28,749 nt of DNA from a virus. Taxonomy: Duplodnaviria; Heunggongvirae; Uroviricota; Caudoviricetes. Where the stretch lies: IMG/VR virus record IMGVR_UViG_2925914267_000002. The stretch is one strand, 5' to 3'. The position numbers were made by a program, and so were the translations under genes. Within the stretch, counting starts at the first letter, position 1; each line of letters opens with the position of its first letter. Positions 17,580-28,327 of the stretch are shown here, in pieces. The notes below the pieces were generated by a model. That model did no database searches and was not told where the DNA came from. It worked only from the letters and a program-made list of their open reading frames with translations.

Positions 17580-17795
17580 ATGTCAAATAAAATGACTGGT
17601 TTAGTAAAATGGTTTAACGCTGATAAAGGTTTCGGCTTTATTTCTCCTGTTGATGGTAGTAAAGATGTGTTTGTGCATTTTTCTGCGATTCAGAATGATA
17701 ATTATCGAACCTTATTTGAAGGTCAAAAGGTTACCTTCTCTATAGAGAGTGGTGCTAAAGGTCCTGCAGCAGCAAATGTCATCATTACTGATTAA
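17580..17795 (+). CDS. cspB: Cold-shock protein CspB
   Basis: 71-aa [74 protein letters not shown]; about 300-nt leader region shared divergently with cspF. Confidence 0.9.
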   Translation: MSNKMTGLVKWFNADKGFGFISPVDGSKDVFVHFSAIQNDNYRTLFEGQKVTFSIESGAKGPAAANVIITD

Positions 17796-18075
17796 AATTC
17801 ATCGCTCGTCTGTATACGATAACGAAGAAGGCTGATGCCTGAGTAGAGATACGGACAGAGTAGTGAATATTGGATCTCTTTAATAAAAAGTAAGGAGGTC
17901 CAATACATGAAACAATGGCTAGCATATTTGGCAAAATCTTAATCAGGAAAAGTATGCTAACCATTGTGGTGAAGTGCAGGTTTGCTGCATGAATAGTTTT
18001 ACAGCAGAAGCTAACTGCTGGCATGGCAAAACAAAGTGCGTAAGTGGATGACTCCCACAAAAAGCACCACAATCT

Positions 18076-18100
18076 CAAACCCGCTCAGGCGGGTTTTTTA
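18076..18100 (+). terminator. Rho-independent terminator about 280 nt downstream of cspB
   Basis: AAACCCGC-TCAG-GCGGGTTTTTTATT. Confidence 0.55.
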
Positions 18101-18158
18101 TTATCTGCTTTAAATATATTATTAAAATATAAAAAATACTTGTTACTAATAAAATCAA

Positions 18159-18329
18159 TCAGGCTACAGCTTTAAGATTTGTCTGGAATACTTTGTTGCA
18201 ATGAGGGCAGATCAAAAGGGCACCTTTTTGTACTCTTGAAAAACTGTGTTCTGACTCTTGGGTGCAGTTTGGGCAGGAACATTTAACGAGATAATTACGG
18301 CGTGATTTTGAGTTTTTACGTTCTGACAT
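18159..18329 (-). CDS. Small zinc-ribbon protein (56 aa)
   Basis: From internal Met: MSERKNSKSRRNYLVKCSCPNCTQESEHSFSRVQKGALLICPHCNKVFQTNLKAVA with CxC-x2-C ... CxxC. RBS AGGA upstream. Possibly the Qin ynfU-type protein, but I cannot confirm the name. Confidence 0.5.
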   Translation of the reverse strand: MSERKNSKSRRNYLVKCSCPNCTQESEHSFSRVQKGALLICPHCNKVFQTNLKAVA

Positions 18330-18548
18330 AGGCTTTTCCTGTATAAATGGCCGTATACAGTACACTAAATATGAAAACATTTCTCGTATTATTATTTTAT
18401 ATATGACTTTCTTTCAAAATAATTACCCACATTTTTAATGTGTATGTTTTTTTAGCGCCGTTGAGAACAACGTGTGCTGTCAAAACTACCCCGTAGACTC
18501 CGATCTTTTCAAACATATTGCACCATCCGTGTACATCGGGGTGAGGAT

Positions 18549-18764
18549 ATGAAATCAATGGATAAGTTAACAACAGGTGTTGCCTATGGCACATCGGCGG
18601 GTAATGCTGGTTTCTGGGCATTGCAGTTACTCGATAAAGTAACTCCGTCACAGTGGGCTGCAATCGGTGTGCTGGGTAGCCTGGTTTTTGGCCTGCTGAC
18701 GTATCTGACAAATCTTTATTTCAAGATTAAAGAAGACAGGCGTAAGGCTGCGAGAGGAGAGTAA
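18549..18764 (+). CDS. essQ: Class II holin (phage 21 S-like pinholin)
   Basis: 71 aa from internal Met ([71 protein letters not shown]); two TM segments and charged C-terminus. Confidence 0.85.
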   Translation: MKSMDKLTTGVAYGTSAGNAGFWALQLLDKVTPSQWAAIGVLGSLVFGLLTYLTNLYFKIKEDRRKAARGE

Positions 18765-18768
18765 TCCA

Positions 18769-20102
<1,334 letters not shown>

Positions 20103-20465
20103 GGTAATATTAAATCGGAACATTTACATCGCGGAATGTAAAATTTAAATAAAAAGGACTCTTCCATGAGCCAAAATTCCTGAAATCTTAAGGGTAAGAT
20201 AAAAGGTCTTAATCAGAATGACACGTTTTATTAATAAATAAAGCTATTCTTTCATTGCTGTGTTTTTCTTTACAAAAGTAATCCTTGCTATGGGTGGTTA
20301 ATCATGCGTTAATGGTGTTCTGGTTTGTTACAAATTTATCTGAAGCAGTCATTGTTATAATTTTATTATTTGTACCTCTTGAGATTTCCTTGTTGGTTTT
20401 TCTCTCTGATATTTTTTTTTCGGACCATTCTGCCCAAGGGCTAATTTCTTCAAAAGGTAATAATT

Positions 20466-20678
20466 ATGTCTAACAAAATGACTGGTTTAGTGAAATGGTT
20501 TAACCCTGAAAAAGGTTTTGGTTTCATCACGCCGAAAGATGGCAGCAAAGATGTGTTTGTCCATTTCTCAGCAATTCAGAGCAACGATTTCAAAACATTA
20601 ACTGAGAATCAGGAAGTTGAATTTGGTATTGAGAACGGACCTAAAGGTCCTGCCGCTGTTCATGTAGTGGCGCTTTGA
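20466..20678 (+). CDS. cspI: Cold-shock protein CspI
   Basis: 70-aa [73 protein letters not shown]; long leader (20103-20465). Confidence 0.9.
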   Translation: MSNKMTGLVKWFNPEKGFGFITPKDGSKDVFVHFSAIQSNDFKTLTENQEVEFGIENGPKGPAAVHVVAL

Positions 20679-20711
20679 GGTAGACAATATTACAAACCAT
20701 ATTCACTTTAG

Positions 20712-20877
20712 ATGCCCGTGTTGTCATGGTTCCCAGTATAGAACATCATCTTTTGATGTTTCTGACATGAATCCTTTCGGGGCAAAATGTATCTTTTGTA
20801 AATCAATGATGATTACATTTGATAATATTTCACAATACTTAAATGCCAGCCGTCTGTCGTTGGATTTGAAAAAGTGA
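20712..20877 (+). pseudogene. Small Cys-rich zinc-ribbon ORF with an apparent +1 frameshift directly after its ATG
   Basis: Frame starting at 20713 reads CPCCHGSQYRTSSFDVSDMNPFGAKCIFCKSMMITFDNISQYLNASRLSLDLKK-stop, but ATG 20712 is one nucleotide out of frame (C3 run 20715-20717). Only ATG 20767 (36 aa) is in frame. Confidence 0.4.
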
Positions 20878-20883
20878 AAATGA

Positions 20884-20907
20884 AGGCTCCTTCGGGAGCT
20901 TTTTTGC
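20884..20907 (+). terminator. Rho-independent terminator after the cspI region
   Basis: GCTCC-TTCG-GGAGC followed by TTTTTTG. Confidence 0.5.
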
Positions 20908-20949
20908 TTGGTGTCTATTCGATGGATACTCACATACTACGGTAACATC

Positions 20950-21167
20950 ATGAAAAAAATCATAGTTTTTTTTAACTCTGAACCAGCAGTGGTAGTGCCA
21001 GCGATGACTGGAGTTAACACCATCATGCGTGAATATCCAAATGGCGAAAAAACACACCTTACTGTAATGGCCGCAGGGTTTCCATCTCTGACCGGAGATC
21101 ATAAAGTCATTTATGTAGCCGCGGATCGACATGTTACTTCAGAAGAAATTCTGGAAGCAGCAATAAG
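20950..21167 (+). pseudogene. Hypothetical prophage gene, 3'-truncated by IS1 (possibly YdfO/DUF1398-like)
   Basis: ORF MKKIIVFFNSEPAVVVPAMTGVNTIMREYPNGEK... runs into the IS1 terminal repeat; its last 7 codons and stop are IS1-encoded. Confidence 0.45.
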
Positions 21168-21182
21168 GGTAATGACTCCAAC

Positions 21183-21686
21183 TTATTGATAGTGTTTTAT
21201 GTTCAGATAATGCCCGATGACTTTGTCATGCAGCTCCACCGATTTTGAGAACGACAGCGACTTCCGTCCCAGCCGTGCCAGGTGCTGCCTCAGATTCAGG
21301 TTATGCCGCTCAATTCGCTGCGTATATCGCTTGCTGATTACGTGCAGCTTTCCCTTCAGGCGGGATTCATACAGCGGCCAGCCATCCGTCATCCATATCA
21401 CCACGTCAAAGGGTGACAGCAGGCTCATAAGACGCCCCAGCGTCGCCATAGTGCGTTCACCGAATACGTGCGCAACAACCGTCTTCCGGAGCCTGTCATA
21501 CGCGTAAAACAGCCAGCGCTGGCGCGATTTAGCCCCGACGTATCCCCACTGTTCGTCCATTTCCGCGCAGACGATGACGTCACTGCCCGGCTGTATGCGC
21601 GAGGTTACCGACTGCGGCCTGAGTTTTTTAAGTGACGTAAAATCGTGTTGAGGCCAACGCCCATAATGCGGGCAGTTGCCCGGCAT
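21183..21686 (-). CDS. insB: IS1 InsB (transposase catalytic part, made as InsAB' by frameshift)
   Basis: 167-aa [19 protein letters not shown]... overlapping insA. Confidence 0.95.
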
Positions 21687-21880
21687 CCAACGCCATTCAT
21701 GGCCATATCAATGATTTTCTGGTGCGTACCGGGTTGAGAAGCGGTGTAAGTGAACTGCAGTTGCCATGTTTTACGGCAGTGAGAGCAGAGATAGCGCTGA
21801 TGTCCGGCGGTGCTTTTGCCGTTACGCACCACCCCGTCAGTAGCTGAACAGGAGGGACAGCTGATAGAAACAGAAGCCAC
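21605..21880 (-). CDS. insA: IS1 InsA
   Basis: 91-aa zinc-finger/HTH protein [40 protein letters not shown]... Confidence 0.95.
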
Positions 21881-21935
21881 TGGAGCACCTCAAAAACACC
21901 ATCATACACTAAATCAGTAAGTTGGCAGCATCACC

Positions 21936-22807
21936 CGGATGGTGGCGTTCCCTGGAATGCCGAATCAGGCGCTTACAATGTCACCCGCTCTGGCAACAGC
22001 TATATTCTGGTTAACTTCTATACCGGAGTCGGAAGTTGCCGGACATTGCAGATGAAGGCGCATTACAGAAATGGAGGTCTGTTCTACCGTTCCTCAAGAG
22101 ATGGCTATGGTTTTGAGGAAGACTGGGCAGAAGTTTATACCTCGAAAAATCTTCCACCAGAAAGCTACCCAGTCGGTGCACCAATCCCGTGGCCATCAGA
22201 TACCGTTCCGTCTGGTTATGCCCTGATGCAGGGGCAGACTTTTGACAAATCTGCTTACCCGAAACTTGCAGCCGCTTATCCGTCAGGCGTGATCCCTGAT
22301 ATGCGTGGCTGGACGATTAAGGGCAAACCTGCCAGTGGTCGGGCCGTATTGTCTCAGGAACAGGACGGCATTAAATCGCACACCCACAGCGCCAGCGCAT
22401 CCAGTACGGATTTGGGGACGAAAACCACATCGTCGTTTGATTACGGCACTAAATCCACGAATAACACCGGGGCGCATACCCATAGTGTTAGCGGTACGGC
22501 TGCTTCAGCCGGTGCACATACCCATTCGATAACATTTGTTTCAGGTGGCACCAAAGGTGCTCCGGGAAGTGGATCACCTGATTATTCTAAATACAGTGTT
22601 AACACTTCTTCTGCAGGCGCTCATACGCACTCTGTATCGGGTACTGCTGCAAGCGCAGGTGCACACGCACATACTGTAGGTATTGGTGCGCATACGCACT
22701 CGGTTGCGATTGGTTCACATGGACACACCATCACCGTTAACGCTGCTGGTAACGCGGAAAACACCGTCAAAAACATCGCATTTAACTATATTGTGAGGCT
22801 TGCATAA
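21936..22807 (+). pseudogene. stfQ: Side tail fibre gene, 3' fragment (about 290 codons), 5' part deleted at the IS1 junction
   Basis: Open frame begins at the first base after IS1 (…[30 protein letters not shown]…) and contains GAHTHS-type His-rich repeats typical of lambdoid Stf C-termini. No start codon or RBS for the upstream portion. Confidence 0.85.
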
Positions 22808-23382
22808 TGGCATTCAGAATGAGTGAACAACCACGGACCATAAAAATTTATAATCTGCTGGCCGGAACTAATGAATTTATTGGTGAAGGTGATGCATATA
22901 TTCCGCCTCATACAGGTCTGCCAGCAAACAGTACCGATATTGCACCGCCAGATATTCCGGCTGGCTTCGTGGCTGTTTTCAACAGTGATGAGTCATCGTG
23001 GCATCTCGTTGAAGATCATCGGGGTAAAACGGTTTATGACGTGGCTTCCGGCGACGCGTTATTTATTTCTGAACTCGGTCCGTTACCGGAAAATGTTACC
23101 TGGTTATCGCCGGAAGGGGAGTTTCAGAAGTGGAACGGCACAGCCTGGGTGAAGGATACGGAAGCAGAAAAACTGTTCCGGATCCGGGAGGCGGAAGAAA
23201 CAAAAAACAACCTGATGCAGGTAGCCAGTGAGCATATTGCGCCGCTTCAGGATGCTGCAGATCTGGAAATCGCAACGGAGGAAGAAATCTCGTTGCTGGA
23301 AGCATGGAAAAAGTATCGGGTATTGCTGAACCGTGTTGATACGTCAACTGCACAGGATATTGAATGGCCAGCACTGCCGTAG
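22807..23382 (+). CDS. tfaQ: Tail fibre assembly protein (Tfa)
   Basis: 191-aa ORF; start overlaps the stf stop (TAATG); Tfa-like sequence and position. Confidence 0.85.
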
Positions 23383-23479
23383 GGTAAAACATATAAATTC
23401 TATAATTAGATGTATCTTTCCATTTACGGCAAGGAAGGGGGCTTGGAAGACGTAAAGCATCTCACACCGAGATTATTTT

Positions 23480-24070
23480 TTATATGTCAGGTGTCTGAAG
23501 TTTTGCTTTGGCTCTTAAAATGGTTTGCCGCGAGGTTTTGAATTCCCGGGCAATGGCACTTATACTTACACCTGACTTAATTCGTTCGAATACCGCCTGT
23601 TTCTGTTCTTCATTTAACACAGGTGGTCGACCAAAACGTTTCCCTGCGCCGCGGGCTCTTACTATCCCGGAATGAGTGCGTTCAAGTAAAAGGTCTCGTT
23701 CAAATTCAGCGACTGCTGAAATTACTTGCATCATCATTTTTCCTGTTGGACTGGTCAGGTCAATGCCCCCCAATGCTAAGCAATGCACTCTGATACCTGT
23801 TTCGGTCAGTTGTTCCACTGTTTTCCTGATATCCATTGCATTACAACCAAGGCGATCCAGTTTTGTCACAATCAATTGATCACCACATTTCAGGCGAGCA
23901 AGCAACCGGTTAAAACCAGGACGCTCACTGGTTGCTGCTGAGCCGCTAATGTGTTCTTCGATTATTTGCTGAGGTTTGATTTTAAAACCTGCACTTTCGA
24001 TTTCCCGGCGTTGATTTTCGGTGGTCTGATCCAGCGTTGATATCCGACAGTAAGCAAAAATTCGAGACAT
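23480..24070 (-). CDS. pinQ: Pin/Gin/Hin-family serine DNA invertase
   Basis: 196-aa ORF with N-terminal catalytic motif YCRISTLDQ (active-site Ser) and C-terminal HTH ([20 protein letters not shown]); adjacent to stf and tfa. Confidence 0.9.
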   Translation of the reverse strand: MSRIFAYCRISTLDQTTENQRREIESAGFKIKPQQIIEEHISGSAATSERPGFNRLLARLKCGDQLIVTKLDRLGCNAMDIRKTVEQLTETGIRVHCLALGGIDLTSPTGKMMMQVISAVAEFERDLLLERTHSGIVRARGAGKRFGRPPVLNEEQKQAVFERIKSGVSISAIAREFKTSRQTILRAKAKLQTPDI

Positions 24071-24386
24071 AGTGAGACTCTATACGAAATTGGTGTTCAT
24101 ATCATAATGCATCTCAGAAAATAATTATGATTATTTTTGTGCATATTTGTATGTACACGTTCGAAAATAAACGAATGCGTATGCAACCCCGTAATTTTGG
24201 TGAGACCCAAAATCGATTTTGTGAAAAATGGCTTTAACTCGGTTTGTTTTTCGAGTTCCGGGCGGACTCAAGGAAGAAGAATAGTGTTGCGTGTTATTTT
24301 AACCAGATTTCAAGTTGTTTGGTCGTGGAAAAGTGGAGCAAAATGTTGTTAAAGTGGAAAAATGATAAAAAAGTAAGTTTATTATA

Positions 24387-24539
24387 TTACATTTTACCAT
24401 TTAAATTTTGGTTGTCTTTAAGAACTGATATCGCTGTTTGTAATAATTCTTTGTTATCCAGCCATGATTTTTTCTTTATGTTTCCTTCAATGTAATCAAG
24501 CAATGTTCTGGTATTGATAGGTCTTCCCTGTTTTGCTAC
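24387..24539 (-). pseudogene. ydfK: ydfK (cold-shock-induced small protein), C-terminal 51 codons, separated by IS3
   Basis: Reverse complement reads VAKQGRPINTRTLLDYIEGNIKKKSWLDNKELLQTAISVLKDNQNLNGKM-stop; continues from the N-terminal fragment at 25798-25872 across IS3. Confidence 0.8.
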
Positions 24540-24569
24540 TGATCCTACCCACGTAATATGGACACAGGC

Positions 24570-25436
24570 CTAAGCGAGGTTCTTGTTTTCAAATTGTTCC
24601 GGACTGAGGCCGCCACACCAACTGTGCCGCCGCCACCGATTGTAATCACATTCGATATAATTAAACACCGTTGCCCGCATTATTTCCCGGCTGATAAAGT
24701 GTTCTCCATGGATACATTCCACTTTCAGCGAATGAAAGAAGCTTTCCACGCAGGCATTATCGTAGCAGCAACCTTTTGCGCTCATACTTCCACGCAGATT
24801 ATGCCGCTTCAGTTGCGCCTGATAATCTGCTGAACAGTACTGGCCTCCACGGTCCGTGTGAACGATAACGTTCCGGGGCCTCTTACGCCGCCACAGCGCC
24901 ATCTGCAGGGCATCGCAGGCCAGTTGCGCCGTCATGCGTGGCGACATTGACCAGCCAATAACGGCACGTGACCACAGGTCAATGACCACTGCCAGATACA
25001 GCCAGCCTTCATCTGTACGTAAGTACGTGATGTCTCCTGCCCACTTCTGGTTCGGGCCACTGGCGTAAAAATCCTGCTCCAACAGATTTTCTGACACAGG
25101 CAGGCCGTGTGCGCGGTAGCTGACCGGGCTGAACTTCCGGGAGGCCTTTGCCCTCAGTCCCTGACGGCGCAGGCTTGCCGCCACGGTTTTTACGTTAAAG
25201 GGGTAACCCTGAGCACGCAGTTCATCCGTCAGGCGTGGGGCACCGTAACGCTGTTTTGACCGGGTAAAAGCCGCGAGGACAACGCTGTCGCAGTGTTGGC
25301 GGAACTGCTGACGCGTGCTTATCCTTGTCCGCCGCTGACACCACGTATACCAGCCGCTGCGGGCCACCCGGAGCACGCGGCACATTGCTTTGATGCTGAA
25401 CTCAGCCTGATGTTTTTCAATAAAGACATACTTCAT
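24570..25436 (-). CDS. insF: IS3 transposase OrfB (InsF)
   Basis: 288-aa DDE-domain ORF overlapping orfA. Confidence 0.95.
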
Positions 25437-25741
25437 TTCAGGCGCTTCGCGAAGTATGTCGCGGCCTTTTGGAGGATAGCCAGCTCTTCATCCCGTTCTG
25501 CCAGCTGGCGTTTGAGACGTGCAATCTCGGTAGACATCTCCAGTTCACGTTCAGAAGACGTCTGCTGATTTTGCTGTTTACTGCGCCAGTTGTAGAGTTG
25601 TGATTCATACAGGCTGAGTTCACGGGCTGCGGCAGTAACACCGATGCGTTCAGCAAGCTTCAGGGCTTCACTGCGAAATTCAGGCGAATGCTGTTTACGG
25701 GGTTTTTTACTGGTTGATACTGTTTTTGTCATGTGAGTCAC
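25433..25741 (-). CDS. insE: IS3 transposase OrfA (InsE)
   Basis: 102-aa [38 protein letters not shown]... Confidence 0.95.
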
Positions 25742-25797
25742 CTCTGACTGAGAGTTTACTCACTTAGCCGCGTGTCCACTATTGCTGGGTAAGATCA

Positions 25798-25872
25798 TAC
25801 AGCATCCCCTAGGATAATTCTTACTTCAGGAAGCTGCGCAGGGAACCACTTTAGGGTGTCTTTTGATTTCAT
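25798..25872 (-). pseudogene. ydfK: ydfK N-terminal 25 codons, with start codon
   Basis: Reverse complement reads ATG AAA TCA AAA GAC ACC ... = MKSKDTLKWFPAQLPEVRIILGDAV, ending at the IS3 target repeat. Confidence 0.8.
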
Positions 25873-26658
25873 GAAGATATTCCTTAAAATATTATTGATT
25901 TTCATTGCGATATTGTATGTCTGATTCAGGATATGTTGACTTATACATCGGTTTTGTCTGGGTTATTGGATATGCCAATCCCTAATTTTATTAGGGCATG
26001 ACTAAAAATGCTGAATATGATAAGGAGAGATGTGATTATCAGTATGCTGTTCATATAGCCTCGAATTAGTAATGTGTTATATATGATATAGTTGACAATT
26101 TTTATCTTGGGTGTTCTTAAAGTTCGTAGATAAACATTGTCGTTTCAGGTATACAGGAATGCTAACAGGTGGCAGCAAAAATCAGGCGGTTTATGGCGCA
26201 AGCTGAAGCGGCAACTGCAAACTATCTTATGCAGAGACTCTACACGGATTGGGTTTAAAAGTATACATAGATAACAGTTTTTATCTGAAAAAGAAAAATA
26301 TCAAGGTGATATAGCCTATATGCCTTTGATGCGGAGGAATGAATGTGATGGGAGTGATGTATCTGAATAGTTGAAAAACCGCAGACACGCCTTATGCAAG
26401 AACGTGCTGCGGTTGGCTGGTAAATTTTTCGATAGTGTGAGTATTGAATGATTTCCAGCCGTTCTTGATTTTACGCATAAATCCATGAAAAAACTACTTA
26501 TCTGTTGGGGAGTTTTTTTTGGGGCATATATGGGACAGAAATAGGCCCCAGATAGACACTGAGATCGAACTTAGGATGCTTTTTAAAAAATGCAACTATC
26601 TGAAAAAACCTAGAAAACGCCAAGGAAACCACAGGATGGGAAAAAACACCTGTGAATT

Positions 26659-27942
26659 ATGGATTTCCAGTTATATTCGCTCGGCGCAGCGTTAGTGTTT
26701 CATGAAATATTTTTTCCTGAATCATCAACGGCAATGGCGTTAATTCTGGCAATGGGAACCTACGGTGCAGGTTATGTGGCGCGTATTGTCGGAGCATTTA
26801 TTTTCGGCAAAATGGGCGACAGAATAGGGCGTAAAAAAGTGCTCTTTATTACCATCACCATGATGGGGATCTGTACCACCTTAATTGGTGTGTTACCGAC
26901 CTATGCACAGATTGGTGTTTTTGCACCCATCTTGCTGGTGACGTTGCGTATTATTCAGGGGTTGGGTGCAGGTGCGGAAATTTCCGGTGCCGGTACGATG
27001 CTGGCGGAATATGCGCCAAAAGGTAAGCGCGGAATTATCTCCTCATTTGTGGCTATGGGAACTAACTGCGGAACCTTGAGCGCAACGGCAATCTGGGCCT
27101 TTATGTTCTTCATTCTCAGTAAAGAGGAACTGCTGGCGTGGGGATGGCGTATACCGTTCCTGGCGAGCGTTGTCGTGATGGTCTTTGCTATCTGGTTGCG
27201 TATGAATCTGAAAGAAAGCCCGGTCTTTGAGAAGGTTAACGACAGTAACCAACCGACAGCAAAACCTGCACCTGCTGGTAGCATGTTCCAGAGCAAATCC
27301 TTCTGGCTGGCAACAGGGCTGCGTTTTGGTCAGGCGGGTAACTCCGGGTTAATTCAGACTTTCCTTGCAGGCTATTTAGTGCAGACGTTATTGTTTAACA
27401 AAGCAATTCCAACAGATGCATTGATGATCAGTTCGATTCTCGGCTTTATGACCATTCCGTTCCTTGGTTGGTTATCCGATAAAATTGGTCGCCGGATCCC
27501 GTATATTATTATGAATACCTCCGCGATTGTGCTGGCATGGCCAATGCTTTCTATCATTGTAGATAAAAGCTATGCCCCGAGCACCATTATGGTTGCACTG
27601 ATTGTGATTCATAACTGTGCGGTGCTGGGATTATTTGCTCTGGAAAACATTACCATGGCAGAAATGTTCGGCTGTAAAAACCGCTTTACCCGGATGGCTA
27701 TTTCTAAAGAAATTGGTGGTCTTATCGCTTCCGGTTTTGGTCCTATCCTGGCGGGTATTTTCTGCACCATGACGGAATCCTGGTATCCGATCGCCATTAT
27801 GATCATGGCATATTCAGTGATTGGTTTAATCTCTGCGCTGAAAATGCCAGAGGTGAAAGACCGTGATTTAAGTGCGCTGGAAGACGCTGCGGAAGATCAA
27901 CCGCGTGTTGTAAGAGCTGCGCAACCTTCCAGAAGTCTGTAA
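26659..27942 (+). CDS. ydfJ: MFS transporter (metabolite:H+ symporter family), YdfJ-like, apparently N-terminally truncated at the prophage junction
   Basis: 427-aa ORF with MFS motifs (GDRIGRKK after TM2, multiple TM segments) but starting inside the first TM helix (MDFQLYSLGAALVF...). No RBS before the ATG and an in-frame TGA two codons upstream. Confidence 0.8.
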   Translation: MDFQLYSLGAALVFHEIFFPESSTAMALILAMGTYGAGYVARIVGAFIFGKMGDRIGRKKVLFITITMMGICTTLIGVLPTYAQIGVFAPILLVTLRIIQGLGAGAEISGAGTMLAEYAPKGKRGIISSFVAMGTNCGTLSATAIWAFMFFILSKEELLAWGWRIPFLASVVVMVFAIWLRMNLKESPVFEKVNDSNQPTAKPAPAGSMFQSKSFWLATGLRFGQAGNSGLIQTFLAGYLVQTLLFNKAIPTDALMISSILGFMTIPFLGWLSDKIGRRIPYIIMNTSAIVLAWPMLSIIVDKSYAPSTIMVALIVIHNCAVLGLFALENITMAEMFGCKNRFTRMAISKEIGGLIASGFGPILAGIFCTMTESWYPIAIMIMAYSVIGLISALKMPEVKDRDLSALEDAAEDQPRVVRAAQPSRSL

Positions 27943-27951
27943 ACCCTTAAT

Positions 27952-27982
27952 CCCTTCTCTTACCGGAGAGGGGATTTTTATT
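27952..27982 (+). terminator. Rho-independent terminator after the ydfJ-like gene
   Basis: CCCTTCTC-TTACCG-GAGAGGGG hairpin (one G-U pair) followed by ATTTTTATT. Confidence 0.55.
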
Positions 27983-28051
27983 CATATAACAAAACAGGTG
28001 ATGCTGCCAACTTACTGATTTAGTGTATGATGGTGTTTTTGAGGTGCTCCA

Positions 28052-28327
28052 GTGGCTTCTGTTTCTATCAGCTGTCCCTCCTGTTCAGCTACTGACGGGG
28101 TGGTGCGTAACGGCAAAAGCACCGCCGGACATCAGCGCTATCTCTGCTCTCACTGCCGTAAAACATGGCAACTGCAGTTCACTTACACCGCTTCTCAACC
28201 CGGTACGCACCAGAAAATCATTGATATGGCCATGAATGGCGTTGGATGCCGGGCAACTGCCCGCATTATGGGCGTTGGCCTCAACACGATTTTACGTCAC
28301 TTAAAAAACTCAGGCCGCAGTCGGTAA
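28052..28327 (+). CDS. insA: IS1 InsA
   Basis: 91 aa, identical in protein sequence to the insA of the first IS1 copy. Confidence 0.95.

Larger units (their letters stand above)
21168..21935 (-). mobile_element. IS1, 768 bp, complete
   Basis: Terminal repeats GGTAATGACTCCAACTTATTGAT (21168) and ATCAGTAAGTTGGCAGCATCACC (to 21935); insA and insB ORFs. Flanking 9-mers differ (AGCAATAAG vs CGGATGGTG), so there is no target-site duplication. Confidence 0.95.
24540..25797 (-). mobile_element. IS3, 1258 bp
   Basis: Ends TGATCCTACCC (24540) and GGGTAAGATCA (25797); insE/insF ORFs; 3-bp direct repeats TAC at 24537-24539 and 25798-25800. Confidence 0.95.

Noticed and set aside
17785-18078. 97-aa minus-strand ORF downstream of cspB
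   Set aside because: Antisense to the cspB 3' region and terminator, no RBS, odd composition; likely a chance ORF.
20285-20473. 62-aa plus-strand ORF immediately upstream of cspI
   Set aside because: Lies in the expected long 5' leader of cspI and overlaps its start region; hydrophobic low-complexity translation typical of AT-rich leader sequence.
23383-23479. Possible invertase crossover (gix/pix-like) site between tfa and pin, e.g. TTCCATTTACGGCAAGGAA
   Set aside because: Only a weak resemblance to the 26-bp consensus of Gin/Hin/Cin sites and no inverted partner site found; not enough to call.
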